In this document: positions 17,563 through 27,182 of the stretch, piece by piece | Position numbering within the stretch: position 1 is the stretch's first letter | Layout: the number at the start of each line of letters is the position of its first letter | Translations under genes and position numbers: made by a program | DNA from: Gammaproteobacteria bacterium | GTDB taxonomy: Bacteria > Pseudomonadota > Gammaproteobacteria > Pseudomonadales > Azotimanducaceae | DNA length: 44,337 nt | Direction of reading: 5' to 3' | Assembly: GCA_002719135.1 (NCBI GenBank) | Contig: PBGU01000007.1 | Location: 57,731 to 102,067, forward strand | Notes under the pieces: generated by a model | Seen by the model: only the letters and a program-made list of their open reading frames with translations | Told to the model about the DNA's origin: nothing | Databases searched by the model: none

Positions 17563-18404
17563 TGCGTACGGCCGTCGTTACGGGTACCACGCACGGCATC
17601 GGCACTGTAACGGCCAACCGCGTCGCCGCAGCTGGCTACCGGTTGATTATGTTGGTCCGGGATTTGCAGCGGGCAGAAACGTTAGCGACCGCGATTACCG
17701 AGATAACAGGCAATGACGCGATTGAGTCTGTACATTGCGATCTTTCGTCGATCCATTCCGTAAATGCTGCGGTGGCGGAGGTTCGTCAACACGCGAGCGC
17801 TATCCATCTGCTCATTAACAACGCTGGCATTGTTACTCGCCAACGGACGATGTCAGCAGATGGGATTGAATTAACGTTCGCCACCAATCACTTGGGGCCG
17901 TTTGTGCTGACGACGGGGCTACGTTCCACGCTCGAAAGTGCTGGTGCCAGCCGAGTAGTGACGGTCGCCTCGGCCGCTTACCAGGGCGGTTCAGCCGACT
18001 TCGAGGCGGCGCTCGACACCGCTGGTGCGACCGGCCTCCAAGCCTATGCGACATCAAAACTCGCGAACGTACTTTTTACCCTTGCGTTGCATCGTCGGAC
18101 CCGTGGAACAGGAATCACGACTAACTGCCTCCACCCAGGCGTCGTGGCAACCAACCTGGGAGGCGACAATCGGTTATTTCGTTGGGGCATGAAACTCGGG
18201 AGCGCACTACGCATCATGCGTTCACCAGAACAGGGCGCTGATAATACGGTCCAATTGGCACTCGCACCTGAATATGCCGAGACTAGCGGCGGCTACTACG
18301 ATCAAAATATGCGTCGTACGGTCCCGAACGTAACTGCTCTAAACGAAGAACTGCAAGACCAACTGTGGCACTTTTCCGAGCAACTGGCGAAGAGATCGGT
18401 ATGA
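17562..18404 (+). CDS. SDR-family oxidoreductase (retinol-dehydrogenase/WWOX-like subgroup)
   Basis: AVVTGTTHGIG, NNAG and YATSKLAN (YxxxK). The GTG start shares one nucleotide with the preceding stop (TAGTG). Confidence 0.85.
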   Translation: MRTAVVTGTTHGIGTVTANRVAAAGYRLIMLVRDLQRAETLATAITEITGNDAIESVHCDLSSIHSVNAAVAEVRQHASAIHLLINNAGIVTRQRTMSADGIELTFATNHLGPFVLTTGLRSTLESAGASRVVTVASAAYQGGSADFEAALDTAGATGLQAYATSKLANVLFTLALHRRTRGTGITTNCLHPGVVATNLGGDNRLFRWGMKLGSALRIMRSPEQGADNTVQLALAPEYAETSGGYYDQNMRRTVPNVTALNEELQDQLWHFSEQLAKRSV

Positions 18405-18895
18405 GCGAAAACAATGATGACCTGTACGCCGACGTTATCGGCCCAACAAACAAGAATTACTACCTCGCCTATTTCAGGCGCGCGGATGAACGCGGTTACA
18501 CTCCACTTGCCTGGCACTGGCCCGTGCTGTTCGCTGACGTTTTTTGGTTCTTATACCGCAAGCAATACCGCTGGGCCGGCATCGTCACCCTCATTTCTCT
18601 GTTAATTCTTGTGGTTGCCGGGCAAATCGGACGGATGGGTTATCCAGACCTCGGCGTCGCTGTCCAATTGATCCTGTTGGCCGCGTTTAAGCTGGTCTAC
18701 GTTCCGTTACGGGCCAACGCGCTCTATTACGACTGGGTTCAACATCGAATCCGATTGGTCCAAGCGGCACTCCCGGGAAATTTGACGGAACAAAAATCGA
18801 TGCTCACGAAGCTCGGTGGCACGAGCTTCACGGCGCCTTTAATGATTGTCGCACTGCTGTTTATGCTGGCAAGCTTCCTGCCGCCCCCGGGTTAA
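18401..18895 (+). CDS. DUF2628-like small membrane protein
   Basis: The ATG at 18401 overlaps the SDR stop (ATGA). YYLAYFRRADERGYTPLAWHWPVLFADVFWFLYRKQYRW is the pattern I associate with DUF2628, followed by TM helices. Confidence 0.6.
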   Translation: MSENNDDLYADVIGPTNKNYYLAYFRRADERGYTPLAWHWPVLFADVFWFLYRKQYRWAGIVTLISLLILVVAGQIGRMGYPDLGVAVQLILLAAFKLVYVPLRANALYYDWVQHRIRLVQAALPGNLTEQKSMLTKLGGTSFTAPLMIVALLFMLASFLPPPG

Positions 18896-18948
18896 ACGCG
18901 AACCTTTATCCGGCGACGACGTATAGTCCCGGCGTCCGCTCAAGAACT

Positions 18949-19947
18949 TTACCGACCAGCAAGAATTCCTTCGTTCACGCAGTTTTCGAGCCTGCCATCC
19001 CTTAAATACCGGGCCGCGGTTCGCGCTGAAAAAGCCCGGATATCGCGAACGCTCTCCGGTGTAAAAAACGCAGAATGCGGCGTGACAACAAGTCGGTGAC
19101 GAATCCAGTCTTCATCCGCCTTCCATGCGGCAATCAACGGACGCTCTAGCTTCGCCGGCTCTTCCGGTAGAACGTCAAGTCCGGCAGCGAGGACCACGTC
19201 ATCCTTCATCGCGTCATGCAGAGCATCGATATCGACGATTGGACCTCGCGCCGTATTCACAATAATGATTCCTTTTTTTGCGTGTGCGAGAGCCTCCGCA
19301 TCAATGAGATGAGTGGTCTCTTCGTTCAACGGCGCATGCACACTAACGACGTCTGACTCAGCTAACATTTCCGTTAACGAATCGGACCGACGAATACCGA
19401 GGGCGAGCTCCGAACCGTTCGGTTTGTAGGGGTCGTGAAAGGTCACATCCATATCGAATGCCTTGGCGCGCATCGCCGCTGCAGTCCCTATACGGCCGAG
19501 GCCAACAATGCCCATCGTGCAATCGGCCATGCGTTTACCAAACGGATTCAATGCCGGGCGCCAGTTGGCCAACGGGTCAGCTCGTAGCGATTCGTCATGA
19601 AAGGCAATACTTTTGGTTAACGTCAGCATCAGGGCGATGGCGTGATCGGCGACCTCACGCGTGCCGTAATCTGGCGTGTTGCTAACGGCAATTCCGCGAT
19701 CGCCGAATGCTGCAAGATCAACGTCGTCAAATCCCACCGCCGGTTTAACGAAAATGCGGCAGTTGTCGAGCATGTCCATCACGTCAGCAGGCACGTGTCC
19801 TCCAACAATGCCCTCGCAGTTACGCCATTGCTCCTCGGTAACAGTGTCAAAGCCACGGCAAAACTCGCCCGTCACACCTTCGCCGAGCGCTTCAATTTCG
19901 ATCTGGTTGTCGCGCCCGGTTCGCGGAAAAAGTACTCGAATTGTCAT
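18949..19947 (-). CDS. D-isomer-specific 2-hydroxyacid dehydrogenase (CtBP-like)
   Basis: NAD-binding MGIVGLGRIGTAAAMRA and catalytic-domain motifs NTARGPIVD and TPHSAF. It lies 49 nt downstream of nuoN on the same strand. Confidence 0.85.
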   Translation of the reverse strand: MTIRVLFPRTGRDNQIEIEALGEGVTGEFCRGFDTVTEEQWRNCEGIVGGHVPADVMDMLDNCRIFVKPAVGFDDVDLAAFGDRGIAVSNTPDYGTREVADHAIALMLTLTKSIAFHDESLRADPLANWRPALNPFGKRMADCTMGIVGLGRIGTAAAMRAKAFDMDVTFHDPYKPNGSELALGIRRSDSLTEMLAESDVVSVHAPLNEETTHLIDAEALAHAKKGIIIVNTARGPIVDIDALHDAMKDDVVLAAGLDVLPEEPAKLERPLIAAWKADEDWIRHRLVVTPHSAFFTPESVRDIRAFSARTAARYLRDGRLENCVNEGILAGR

Positions 19948-19996
19948 GTGGTTGTCTCCGTCAAACCGTTACAGCTTCCAAGAAGTCTAGCCCCGG

Positions 19997-21451
19997 TCAC
20001 GCACCGAACGTGCCAATGAGGCCACGCACTAACTCAATCAGTGGCGTTGGATACACACCGAAGAGAATCACAGCCGCACCTAATACCCCTACGGTCACGA
20101 TGGTTTCCACGGGTATCGCGTTAGCTCTCACCGAACCATCGGTGGATTCGCTTTGCGTCATGGTAAATACAATTCGAAGGTAATAGTAAATGCCGATTGC
20201 ACTGCCAATAACGAGCGCCCAGAGGAGAACCCATAGCGCGCCTTGGACGCCCGCTGCGAAAAGGTAAAACTTGGCAATAAAGCCCATGGTTAATGGAATA
20301 CCCGCCAAAGAAAGGGCCGCCGACGTCAACACTGCCGCAAGCACTGGGTGGCTCCAAAATAAACCCCGGTAGTCGGCCAACTGCTCGGTGTCCTGGTCAC
20401 TCGCCGAAATCGAAAGCGCGCTGATCACGCCGAACGCTGCCAAGGTCATAAGAAAGTAGCCAGCCAGATATACCATCAAGGTCTCGCGAGCGATCTCAGA
20501 GTCATCCAACGCAGCGACCACCAGCAGCGCAATCAGTAAATAGCCGACATGAGCGATCGACGAGAAGGCCAAAATTCGCTTGATGTTTTTCTCCAACAGC
20601 GCCAGAAGATTACCCACGACCATCGAACCCACAGCGATGATAGAAATTCCCAATGCAATGGATGCGTTGGACAGTACATCCGAAATCACGGCGTAGCGGA
20701 GTAGCGCAGCAAACACAGCCCCTTTGGATACCGTCGCGATAAACCCTGTCACCGGCGCGGGCGCCCCTTGATACACGTCAGGGGTCCACATATGAAAAGG
20801 CACGAGGGACAACTTGAATGCCAATCCGACGATCAGCATTCCCTGCCCCAACCAGTAGTAGTTCTCACCTTGGTTATCAACTGGTTGACCCAATGCGCTG
20901 AAACTCAGTGATCCGGAAGCCGCATAGATCAGGGCCATACCGAATAACATCGTGGTCGAGGCAACCCCGGATAGCACCAGGTACTTCGTGGCAGCCTCGA
21001 GTGGAAGTCTGCCTTCTTGGGGATAGCAGATCATGGCATACAACGAAATCGATAGAATCTCGAGTCCTAAAATCAACGTCGCAAAATGGGAAGCCACCGC
21101 CATGACCATGGCTCCCAGGGTGGCCGTTAGAATGAGCATGTAGAATTCTTCACAACTCGACGCTCGATGATCAAGATAACGAAACGAGATCAATACGGTG
21201 ACAATGGCGGCGAGCAGGAAAAGCCCGCTAAAGAACTGGCCATAGCCGTCCACGCGGATCAGTCCAAAGACGTCCTCGCTACCTGCAGCGAGCGACTGCG
21301 GGATCAGGGCTCCAGCAACGACCAAAATCAGGAATGTCGACGTCATCGCTAGTGCGTGGCTGCGACGGAACGCAACCACCAGCAATAACACCATTAGACC
21401 CACCGTCAGTACCAGATGTGGCAGCACTGAGTTAACCCATGTATGACTCAC
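19997..21451 (-). CDS. nuoN: NADH-quinone oxidoreductase subunit N
   Basis: Antiporter-like polytopic protein in the last position of the nuo operon. The GTG at 21451-21449 overlaps the nuoM stop (GTGA). It gives an N-terminus (M)SHTWVNSVLPHLVLTVGL comparable to E. coli NuoN. The track start at 21526 is an extension into nuoM. Confidence 0.9.
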   Translation of the reverse strand: MSHTWVNSVLPHLVLTVGLMVLLLVVAFRRSHALAMTSTFLILVVAGALIPQSLAAGSEDVFGLIRVDGYGQFFSGLFLLAAIVTVLISFRYLDHRASSCEEFYMLILTATLGAMVMAVASHFATLILGLEILSISLYAMICYPQEGRLPLEAATKYLVLSGVASTTMLFGMALIYAASGSLSFSALGQPVDNQGENYYWLGQGMLIVGLAFKLSLVPFHMWTPDVYQGAPAPVTGFIATVSKGAVFAALLRYAVISDVLSNASIALGISIIAVGSMVVGNLLALLEKNIKRILAFSSIAHVGYLLIALLVVAALDDSEIARETLMVYLAGYFLMTLAAFGVISALSISASDQDTEQLADYRGLFWSHPVLAAVLTSAALSLAGIPLTMGFIAKFYLFAAGVQGALWVLLWALVIGSAIGIYYYLRIVFTMTQSESTDGSVRANAIPVETIVTVGVLGAAVILFGVYPTPLIELVRGLIGTFGA

Positions 21452-22911
21452 AGCCCTGCCACCCCCAGTGACGTGATAACAGGTGCTGACAAATCGAGCA
21501 CGAGTTGGGGATATACACCCAGCCATACCAGCCCGATCATCATCAAGATCATGACGGTCATTTCACGCGCTCCGAAGTCCTCGATCTCTCCAACATCCGG
21601 ATTGGGGACGCCTTGAAACGCTCGTTGCATCAGCGATAAGCCGTAAACTGCTGCAACAACAATGCCGATCGCGGCAGCGATGGTCAGTGGAACGTGAGCT
21701 TGGAATGCCCCAAGTAAGGCAAGGAATTCACCCACGAAATTTCCTAACCCCGGCATCCCGACTGAAGCAACAACAAAAAACAGCGTCATCGCACCCATCC
21801 GCGGCGCACGCACCCAGAGCCCGCCCATCTTCGACATTTCGCGCGAGTGCAAGCGCTGCTGCAGCGCTCCCGCCATCATGAACAACGCCGCGGTTGAGAA
21901 GCCGTGAGCAATCATGGTCACCACCGCGCCCTGCATAGCAATTTCATTGAATGCGTACACGCCGAGCAAGATGAATCCCATGTGCGCGACTGAGCTATAC
22001 GCGACCAAGCGCTTGAAATCGCTTTGGCTGTACGCCATGTAGCCGCCATAAACAATGCTTAGAGCGCCCAGCAACATGCCCACCGTTGCAAAATCTTGCG
22101 ACGCTTCCGGAAAAAGTCCCACGGCAAATCGAATCACGCCGTAGCCACCGGTCTTCAACAGGATGCCAGCTAAAATCACGGATCCCGCGGTCGGCGCTTG
22201 GGTGTGTGCGTCAGGCAGCCAGGTATGGACGGGCACGCTCGGCAGCTTGGTAATAAACGCAACAAAAAACCCCAACATCAGCCACCACGCAACGTCCGGA
22301 TCCAAAGATGCATTCCGAAGTTCAAAATAGTTGAACGTAATGACTCCGGTAGCTTGGTAGTTGAAGTACACCAACGACAAAATCGCGAACAACATCAGCA
22401 GGCCGCTAATCTGGGTGAACAGAAAAAACTTGGTCGCCGCGTAGGCGCGATTCTCGTGTCCCCATATCGCGATCAGGAAATACATGGGAATGAGCATCAC
22501 TTCCCAGAAAAAGAAGAATAGGAATAGATCGAAGGCCGAAAAAACACCGACAACGCCGGCCATTACCCACAAGATGTTGAACTGGAAAAATCCGTGTCGC
22601 TCGCTAATTTCCGACCACGATGAAACGACCGCGACGATGCCAAGAAAAGCCGTGAGGGCGACCAGCATGAGCGATAGTCCGTCAAGAACTAGATAAACCT
22701 GGATGCCAAACCGCGGGATCCACGGCAATACCTGCCTCGCGTATTCCTCGGTCTCCGATCCTGCACCCAACCACGCACTGCTCGTATAGATAAGTGCAAC
22801 CACAAACGCGATCAACGAAACCCAGCGAGGCGCGTGTTGGTGAATACGTTCCGAGAATGCGGCGACCACGCCGGCGGCAAGCAGTCCCATAATGAGGGCG
22901 AGGATGTTCAA
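21448..22911 (-). CDS. nuoM: NADH-quinone oxidoreductase subunit M
   Basis: PRWVSLIAF...LPWIPRFGIQVYLVLDGLSLMLV parallels E. coli NuoM. The likely start is the TTG at 22911, overlapping the nuoL stop (TTGA). The GTG at 22926 is an alternative. Confidence 0.9.
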   Translation of the reverse strand: MNILALIMGLLAAGVVAAFSERIHQHAPRWVSLIAFVVALIYTSSAWLGAGSETEEYARQVLPWIPRFGIQVYLVLDGLSLMLVALTAFLGIVAVVSSWSEISERHGFFQFNILWVMAGVVGVFSAFDLFLFFFFWEVMLIPMYFLIAIWGHENRAYAATKFFLFTQISGLLMLFAILSLVYFNYQATGVITFNYFELRNASLDPDVAWWLMLGFFVAFITKLPSVPVHTWLPDAHTQAPTAGSVILAGILLKTGGYGVIRFAVGLFPEASQDFATVGMLLGALSIVYGGYMAYSQSDFKRLVAYSSVAHMGFILLGVYAFNEIAMQGAVVTMIAHGFSTAALFMMAGALQQRLHSREMSKMGGLWVRAPRMGAMTLFFVVASVGMPGLGNFVGEFLALLGAFQAHVPLTIAAAIGIVVAAVYGLSLMQRAFQGVPNPDVGEIEDFGAREMTVMILMMIGLVWLGVYPQLVLDLSAPVITSLGVAGL

Positions 22912-24770
22912 CCCAGCACCTCCCACATCACGACGACGACGACAAATGCCAAGCCCAGCACCATGTTCCATGCGTACCAGCGGAGGCGACCATTTTGGAC
23001 GACGGCCAGTACGTGATGTATGCCGCGGGCGATACTAGCGGTTGACTTAAACGCCAGATCGACGAAATCGTTCTTGTTCATCCGCGCGAGCGCGACGAAA
23101 GGAGCAACAACGGCCCGATCGTATAGCCAGTCGAACCCCCAACCGATATACCAAAACCGTCGTACATTCTCGGCGAACTCTGTTCCGAGGAGTCGCGTCG
23201 AACCGCCGCGCGAGGCACCAAACACAAACCAACCAGTGAGAATTCCCAACAGCGGCATCGCCATCGTCACCAGTGCGATCCAAGAGAAGTGGTCATGCGT
23301 CGCGATGCCACCGTCTGGCAACACCCCCGAAACAATACCCAACCCAAACCAGCCGCCACCCAGTGCGAGACCACACAGAATGACGAGCGGCACGTTCATA
23401 TTCCATCCCGATGAATCGTGGGCTGCGGTTTTCGCCTCACCAAAAAAAGTCAGAAGAATCATGCGCGTCGTGTATAACGCGGTCATAAACGCAGCAATGG
23501 CTGCGCCGCCCCAAAAGACCATCCCAGCCGTTGGGTTATCGGCCGCCGTCAACATAATGGCGTCCTTACTGAAGAAACCCGACGTTAGCGGCAATGCGGC
23601 GAGGGCGACAGACCCCACCAACATACTCACGAACGGAATAGGCAGTTTTCGCCAGAGCCCTCCCATCTTGAACATGTCCTGTTCGTGATGCAGTGCGAGG
23701 ATCACGGAACCACTCGCAAGGAAAAGAAGGGCTTTAAAGAATGCGTGGGTCATCAGATGAAAAATTGCCGCCGACCAAGCTCCCACACCAAGCGCCATGA
23801 TCATGTACCCGATCTGACTCATGGTCGAAAATGCGAGCACCCGTTTGATGTCGGTCTGCACGAGCGCCGTAAATGACGAAATGAATAAGGTGACCAGTCC
23901 GGTGACCGCGACCCAAAACTGCGCTTCGGGCGAAATAAGGTAAATATCGTGCATCCGGGCGATCAGATAGACGCCGGCAGTGACCATGGTGGCGGCATGA
24001 ATAAGCGCGGACACGGGGGTCGGTCCCGCCATTGCGTCGGGAAGCCAGGTTTGTAACGGCACCTGCGCCGATTTCCCCATCGCGCCACCCAGGAACAGAA
24101 GTCCAATGACCGTGGCCATCGTCGAACCCTCGGGCCAGGCGACATTCGCCGCCGTCAACGAAGCCTGGATTTCCGTGGTGCCGAGTTCCCGGAACAACAG
24201 GAACAATCCGAGAGCCATGAACGTGTCCCCCACGCGGGTAACCACAAATGCTTTGCGCGCGGCGTAGCCGTTGTTTGGATCTCGATGGTAAAAGCCAATT
24301 AACAAATAACTACACAAACCAACACCTTCCCATCCCAGGAAAAGCACTAGTAGGTTATCGCCTAGAACAAGCATCAACATCGCGAACACAAACAAGTTCA
24401 TGTACGCGAAGAATCGGCTGAAACCCTCGGGTTCCTCAGGGTCATCCCACATGTAGCCCGTGGCGTAGAGGTGAATCAAAAAACCAACGCCGGTAATGAC
24501 CCCCGTCATCACAAGCGCTAGACCATCAAGATACAGCCTGATCTCAGGAACGAACTCGCCGACCCGCATCCACGTCCACAACTGTTGCGACTGGGGCTCG
24601 GCGCCACCATCCACAAACGCTTTTCCCACCACCACGGCAACAATTGCGGCGAGTCCAATGGAACCTGCCCCGACAACGGCAACCACCACCTTCGGCAGTT
24701 TGCCTTGGGACAAAAATAAGACCAAGAAGCCCAACAGCGGAAAAGTCGGTATTAGCCAAAGCGCGTCCAT
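22908..24770 (-). CDS. nuoL: NADH-quinone oxidoreductase subunit L
   Basis: 620-aa antiporter-like subunit with a long C-terminal extension. Motifs WEGVGLCSYLLIGF and SALIHAATMVTAGVYL. Confidence 0.95.
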   Translation of the reverse strand: MDALWLIPTFPLLGFLVLFLSQGKLPKVVVAVVGAGSIGLAAIVAVVVGKAFVDGGAEPQSQQLWTWMRVGEFVPEIRLYLDGLALVMTGVITGVGFLIHLYATGYMWDDPEEPEGFSRFFAYMNLFVFAMLMLVLGDNLLVLFLGWEGVGLCSYLLIGFYHRDPNNGYAARKAFVVTRVGDTFMALGLFLLFRELGTTEIQASLTAANVAWPEGSTMATVIGLLFLGGAMGKSAQVPLQTWLPDAMAGPTPVSALIHAATMVTAGVYLIARMHDIYLISPEAQFWVAVTGLVTLFISSFTALVQTDIKRVLAFSTMSQIGYMIMALGVGAWSAAIFHLMTHAFFKALLFLASGSVILALHHEQDMFKMGGLWRKLPIPFVSMLVGSVALAALPLTSGFFSKDAIMLTAADNPTAGMVFWGGAAIAAFMTALYTTRMILLTFFGEAKTAAHDSSGWNMNVPLVILCGLALGGGWFGLGIVSGVLPDGGIATHDHFSWIALVTMAMPLLGILTGWFVFGASRGGSTRLLGTEFAENVRRFWYIGWGFDWLYDRAVVAPFVALARMNKNDFVDLAFKSTASIARGIHHVLAVVQNGRLRWYAWNMVLGLAFVVVVVMWEVLG

Positions 24771-25087
24771 CAGCTGTGCATCTCGTCGGCCGAATCGACA
24801 TCGAGGCTGTCAAAGCGCCGTGATAACTGCAGCACGATCCCTAACGCTACGGCGACTTCGGCGGCGGCCAATGCCAAAATGAACATGAACATGATTTGCC
24901 CGTCGGCTTGCGCCCAGCGAGCACCAGCCGCCACGAAGGCCAGTCCGCACGCATTCATCATGACTTCAAGCGACATCAACACAAACATCACATTTCGCCG
25001 GACCAAAACGCCGGTAAGACCTATACAAAAGAGCGCCACGGCTAGGACAAATACATGTTCAAGTGGTATCGATAAGGCGAAGTTCAC
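24770..25087 (-). CDS. nuoK: NADH-quinone oxidoreductase subunit K
   Basis: 105 aa with three TM helices. [23 protein letters not shown] parallels E. coli NuoK. The GTG start overlaps the nuoJ stop. Confidence 0.9.
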   Translation of the reverse strand: MNFALSIPLEHVFVLAVALFCIGLTGVLVRRNVMFVLMSLEVMMNACGLAFVAAGARWAQADGQIMFMFILALAAAEVAVALGIVLQLSRRFDSLDVDSADEMHS

Positions 25088-25593
25088 ACTTCCTCCCGCC
25101 GCTCAGACAGGTAACGACGTCCAAGGTGATATGCACCCACCAGGGCGGCGAGTAGGAGAATCCCCGCAAGCTCTACGGCCAAGAGATACGGCCCAAAAAG
25201 TTGCGTGCCCACCGTTTTCGGGCCCACCATCACTGCCGCCGTCTGCACGGGTTCACCACTCAACGCGTAGACCAAGCCTAAAAACAGAGGGACTGTAAGC
25301 AGGCACGGCAATATCCACATGCTCGGGCGCAACCACGCGCTCTCCCGCGCGACCGATCCTTTCCCGAGATTGAGCATCATCACCACGAACAAAAACAGTA
25401 CAACGATCGCTCCGGCGTAGACCACCACCTCCAGCGCTGCTGCAAATGGCGCTCCGAGCAAAAAGAAAATGACAGCGACCGATAGCAGCGAAACGATCAA
25501 ATAAATGAGTGCGTGCGAAGCGTTCTTTCCAGTGACGACCAAGACGGTCGACGCCAAAGCGGTCACGGCAGCAATGTAAAAAAGACTTTCCAT
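25084..25593 (-). CDS. nuoJ: NADH-quinone oxidoreductase subunit J
   Basis: 169-aa membrane subunit. [29 protein letters not shown] is typical of NuoJ. Operon position agrees. Confidence 0.9.
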   Translation of the reverse strand: MESLFYIAAVTALASTVLVVTGKNASHALIYLIVSLLSVAVIFFLLGAPFAAALEVVVYAGAIVVLFLFVVMMLNLGKGSVARESAWLRPSMWILPCLLTVPLFLGLVYALSGEPVQTAAVMVGPKTVGTQLFGPYLLAVELAGILLLAALVGAYHLGRRYLSERREEV

Positions 25594-25615
25594 ATCGGTT
25601 ATGCGTTAGCGTGAA

Positions 25616-26155
25616 CTACGGCATCAAACTCCGAACATTCGTTGGCGACGCTTCGTTCTGTGCATCACCTTTTTGTTTTCCATCAATGGTTTTACCCGCC
25701 ACATTCCAGAAGCTGTATTCAGGATATTTACCAGGACCACTGATGAGCAGGTGCTCTTTCTCATACACCATATTGGTGCGATCAAATTCAGCCAACTCAA
25801 AATCCGGCGTCAATTGAATGGCATAGGTGGGACACGCTTCCTCGCAAAGTCCGCACATAATGCAACGCGAAAAGTTGATACGAAAAAATTCTGGATACCA
25901 ACGTCCATCCTCTTCCTTTTCGGTTTTCTGCAGGGCGATGCAATCGACTGGACACGCGACTGCGCACAAATTGCAGGCAACGCATCGTTCTTCACCGTCC
26001 GGATCGCGCGTGAGTACGATCCGACCGCGGTATCTCGGCGCCAGATAGGGCATCTCTTCTGGGTATTGAACCGTTTCGCTGCGCATGCCGAAAAGACGCC
26101 GAAAGCCAGGCGTGTGCTGCAAGATGGTCCAGATCGTTCGTAGTTGGCTAATCAT
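25616..26155 (-). CDS. nuoI: NADH-quinone oxidoreductase subunit I (2x[4Fe-4S] ferredoxin-type)
   Basis: [29 protein letters not shown] and [12 protein letters not shown] are near-identical to E. coli NuoI as recalled. ATG at 26155 (MISQLRTIW) is preferred over the track start at 26194. Confidence 0.9.
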   Translation of the reverse strand: MISQLRTIWTILQHTPGFRRLFGMRSETVQYPEEMPYLAPRYRGRIVLTRDPDGEERCVACNLCAVACPVDCIALQKTEKEEDGRWYPEFFRINFSRCIMCGLCEEACPTYAIQLTPDFELAEFDRTNMVYEKEHLLISGPGKYPEYSFWNVAGKTIDGKQKGDAQNEASPTNVRSLMP

Positions 26156-26168
26156 GATTCTTGCGCCC

Positions 26169-27182
26169 CTAGCCCGTCCACAACATCCACGCACCCGTCC
26201 CGAGCACGTTAACGAGAGACAACGGCAGCAGAATTTTCCATCCCAACGACATCAGTTGGTCGTATCTCGGTCGTGGTATGGCGGCACGCAATAGGATGAA
26301 AAAGTTAATGAACACGATAATCTTGGCGGCAAAGACCCCCAATCCGACCAGCGTCGACGTCAGGCCCGTTGGTACCATCGCCTGTAACGCGGGTGGTAAC
26401 AGCCAGCCGCCGAAAAACAATAAGACGATCATCGCAGAAGTGATAATTAGCCCTAGGTATTCAGCCGCCATGATCAAGCCGAATTTCATCCCTGAATATT
26501 CGGTGTGAAATCCCGCGGTTAGTTCATGCTCCGCTTCCGGTAAATCGAACGGTAAGCGGTGCGTCTCGGCCAATCCGGCGAGCAAGAAAATCACGAACCC
26601 AACGAACTGTGGGCCAATGTTCCACAGCCCAGCTTGATCTTCGACGATGTCTAGTAGGCTAAATGATCCCGCCAAGATCACAACGCCCATCAGCGACAAC
26701 GCCATAAACACTTCGTATGTCACCATCTGTGCAGCCGCCCTGAGGCCACCCAGGAGGGCGTACTTATTGTTGCTGGCAAATCCTGCCAGAAGCACGCCGT
26801 AAACGGCGAGGGATGACATCGCTAGGAACCAAAGAACGGCGATATTGGAATCGGTGATGATGAGTCCCGATTCTCGTGGTGCCCATGGGACAACGACGTA
26901 CGCCATGAGCATGGATCCGGCAACAATGGCCGGGGCCAGAACGAAAAAAAGACGGTCCCCAAATGGGGGTACCCAGTCGTCTTTCGCGAGCAGCTTGACG
27001 GCGTCCGCTATGGCTTGACCAAAACCGCCCGCCCAACGCCAAACACGATTCGGCCCTTTTCGATCTTGCCACCAGCCTAACAACCGTCGTTCCCACCAAA
27101 CGAGAATCAGAGCCGTTACCAGCGCGCCCACTGCGATTGGCAGAATCAGCACGTAGGACCAAATGTTGGGAGGAAGCTCCAT
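26169..27182 (-). CDS. nuoH: NADH-quinone oxidoreductase subunit H
   Basis: 337-aa polytopic protein. Motifs [31 protein letters not shown] and RPRYDQLM. Confidence 0.95.
   Translation of the reverse strand: MELPPNIWSYVLILPIAVGALVTALILVWWERRLLGWWQDRKGPNRVWRWAGGFGQAIADAVKLLAKDDWVPPFGDRLFFVLAPAIVAGSMLMAYVVVPWAPRESGLIITDSNIAVLWFLAMSSLAVYGVLLAGFASNNKYALLGGLRAAAQMVTYEVFMALSLMGVVILAGSFSLLDIVEDQAGLWNIGPQFVGFVIFLLAGLAETHRLPFDLPEAEHELTAGFHTEYSGMKFGLIMAAEYLGLIITSAMIVLLFFGGWLLPPALQAMVPTGLTSTLVGLGVFAAKIIVFINFFILLRAAIPRPRYDQLMSLGWKILLPLSLVNVLGTGAWMLWTG

Noticed and set aside
23020-23688. A 222-aa plus-strand ORF antisense to nuoL. Similar long shadow ORFs occur at 25673-26143 (antisense to nuoI), 27352-27981 (alternate frame within nuoG), 11329-11931 (antisense to an ACAD) and 12710-13237 (antisense to srkA).
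   Set aside because: All lie entirely inside confidently identified genes. Their products are Arg/Pro/Ser-rich and low-complexity, with no recognisable motifs. Such frames are expected by chance in GC-rich coding DNA.
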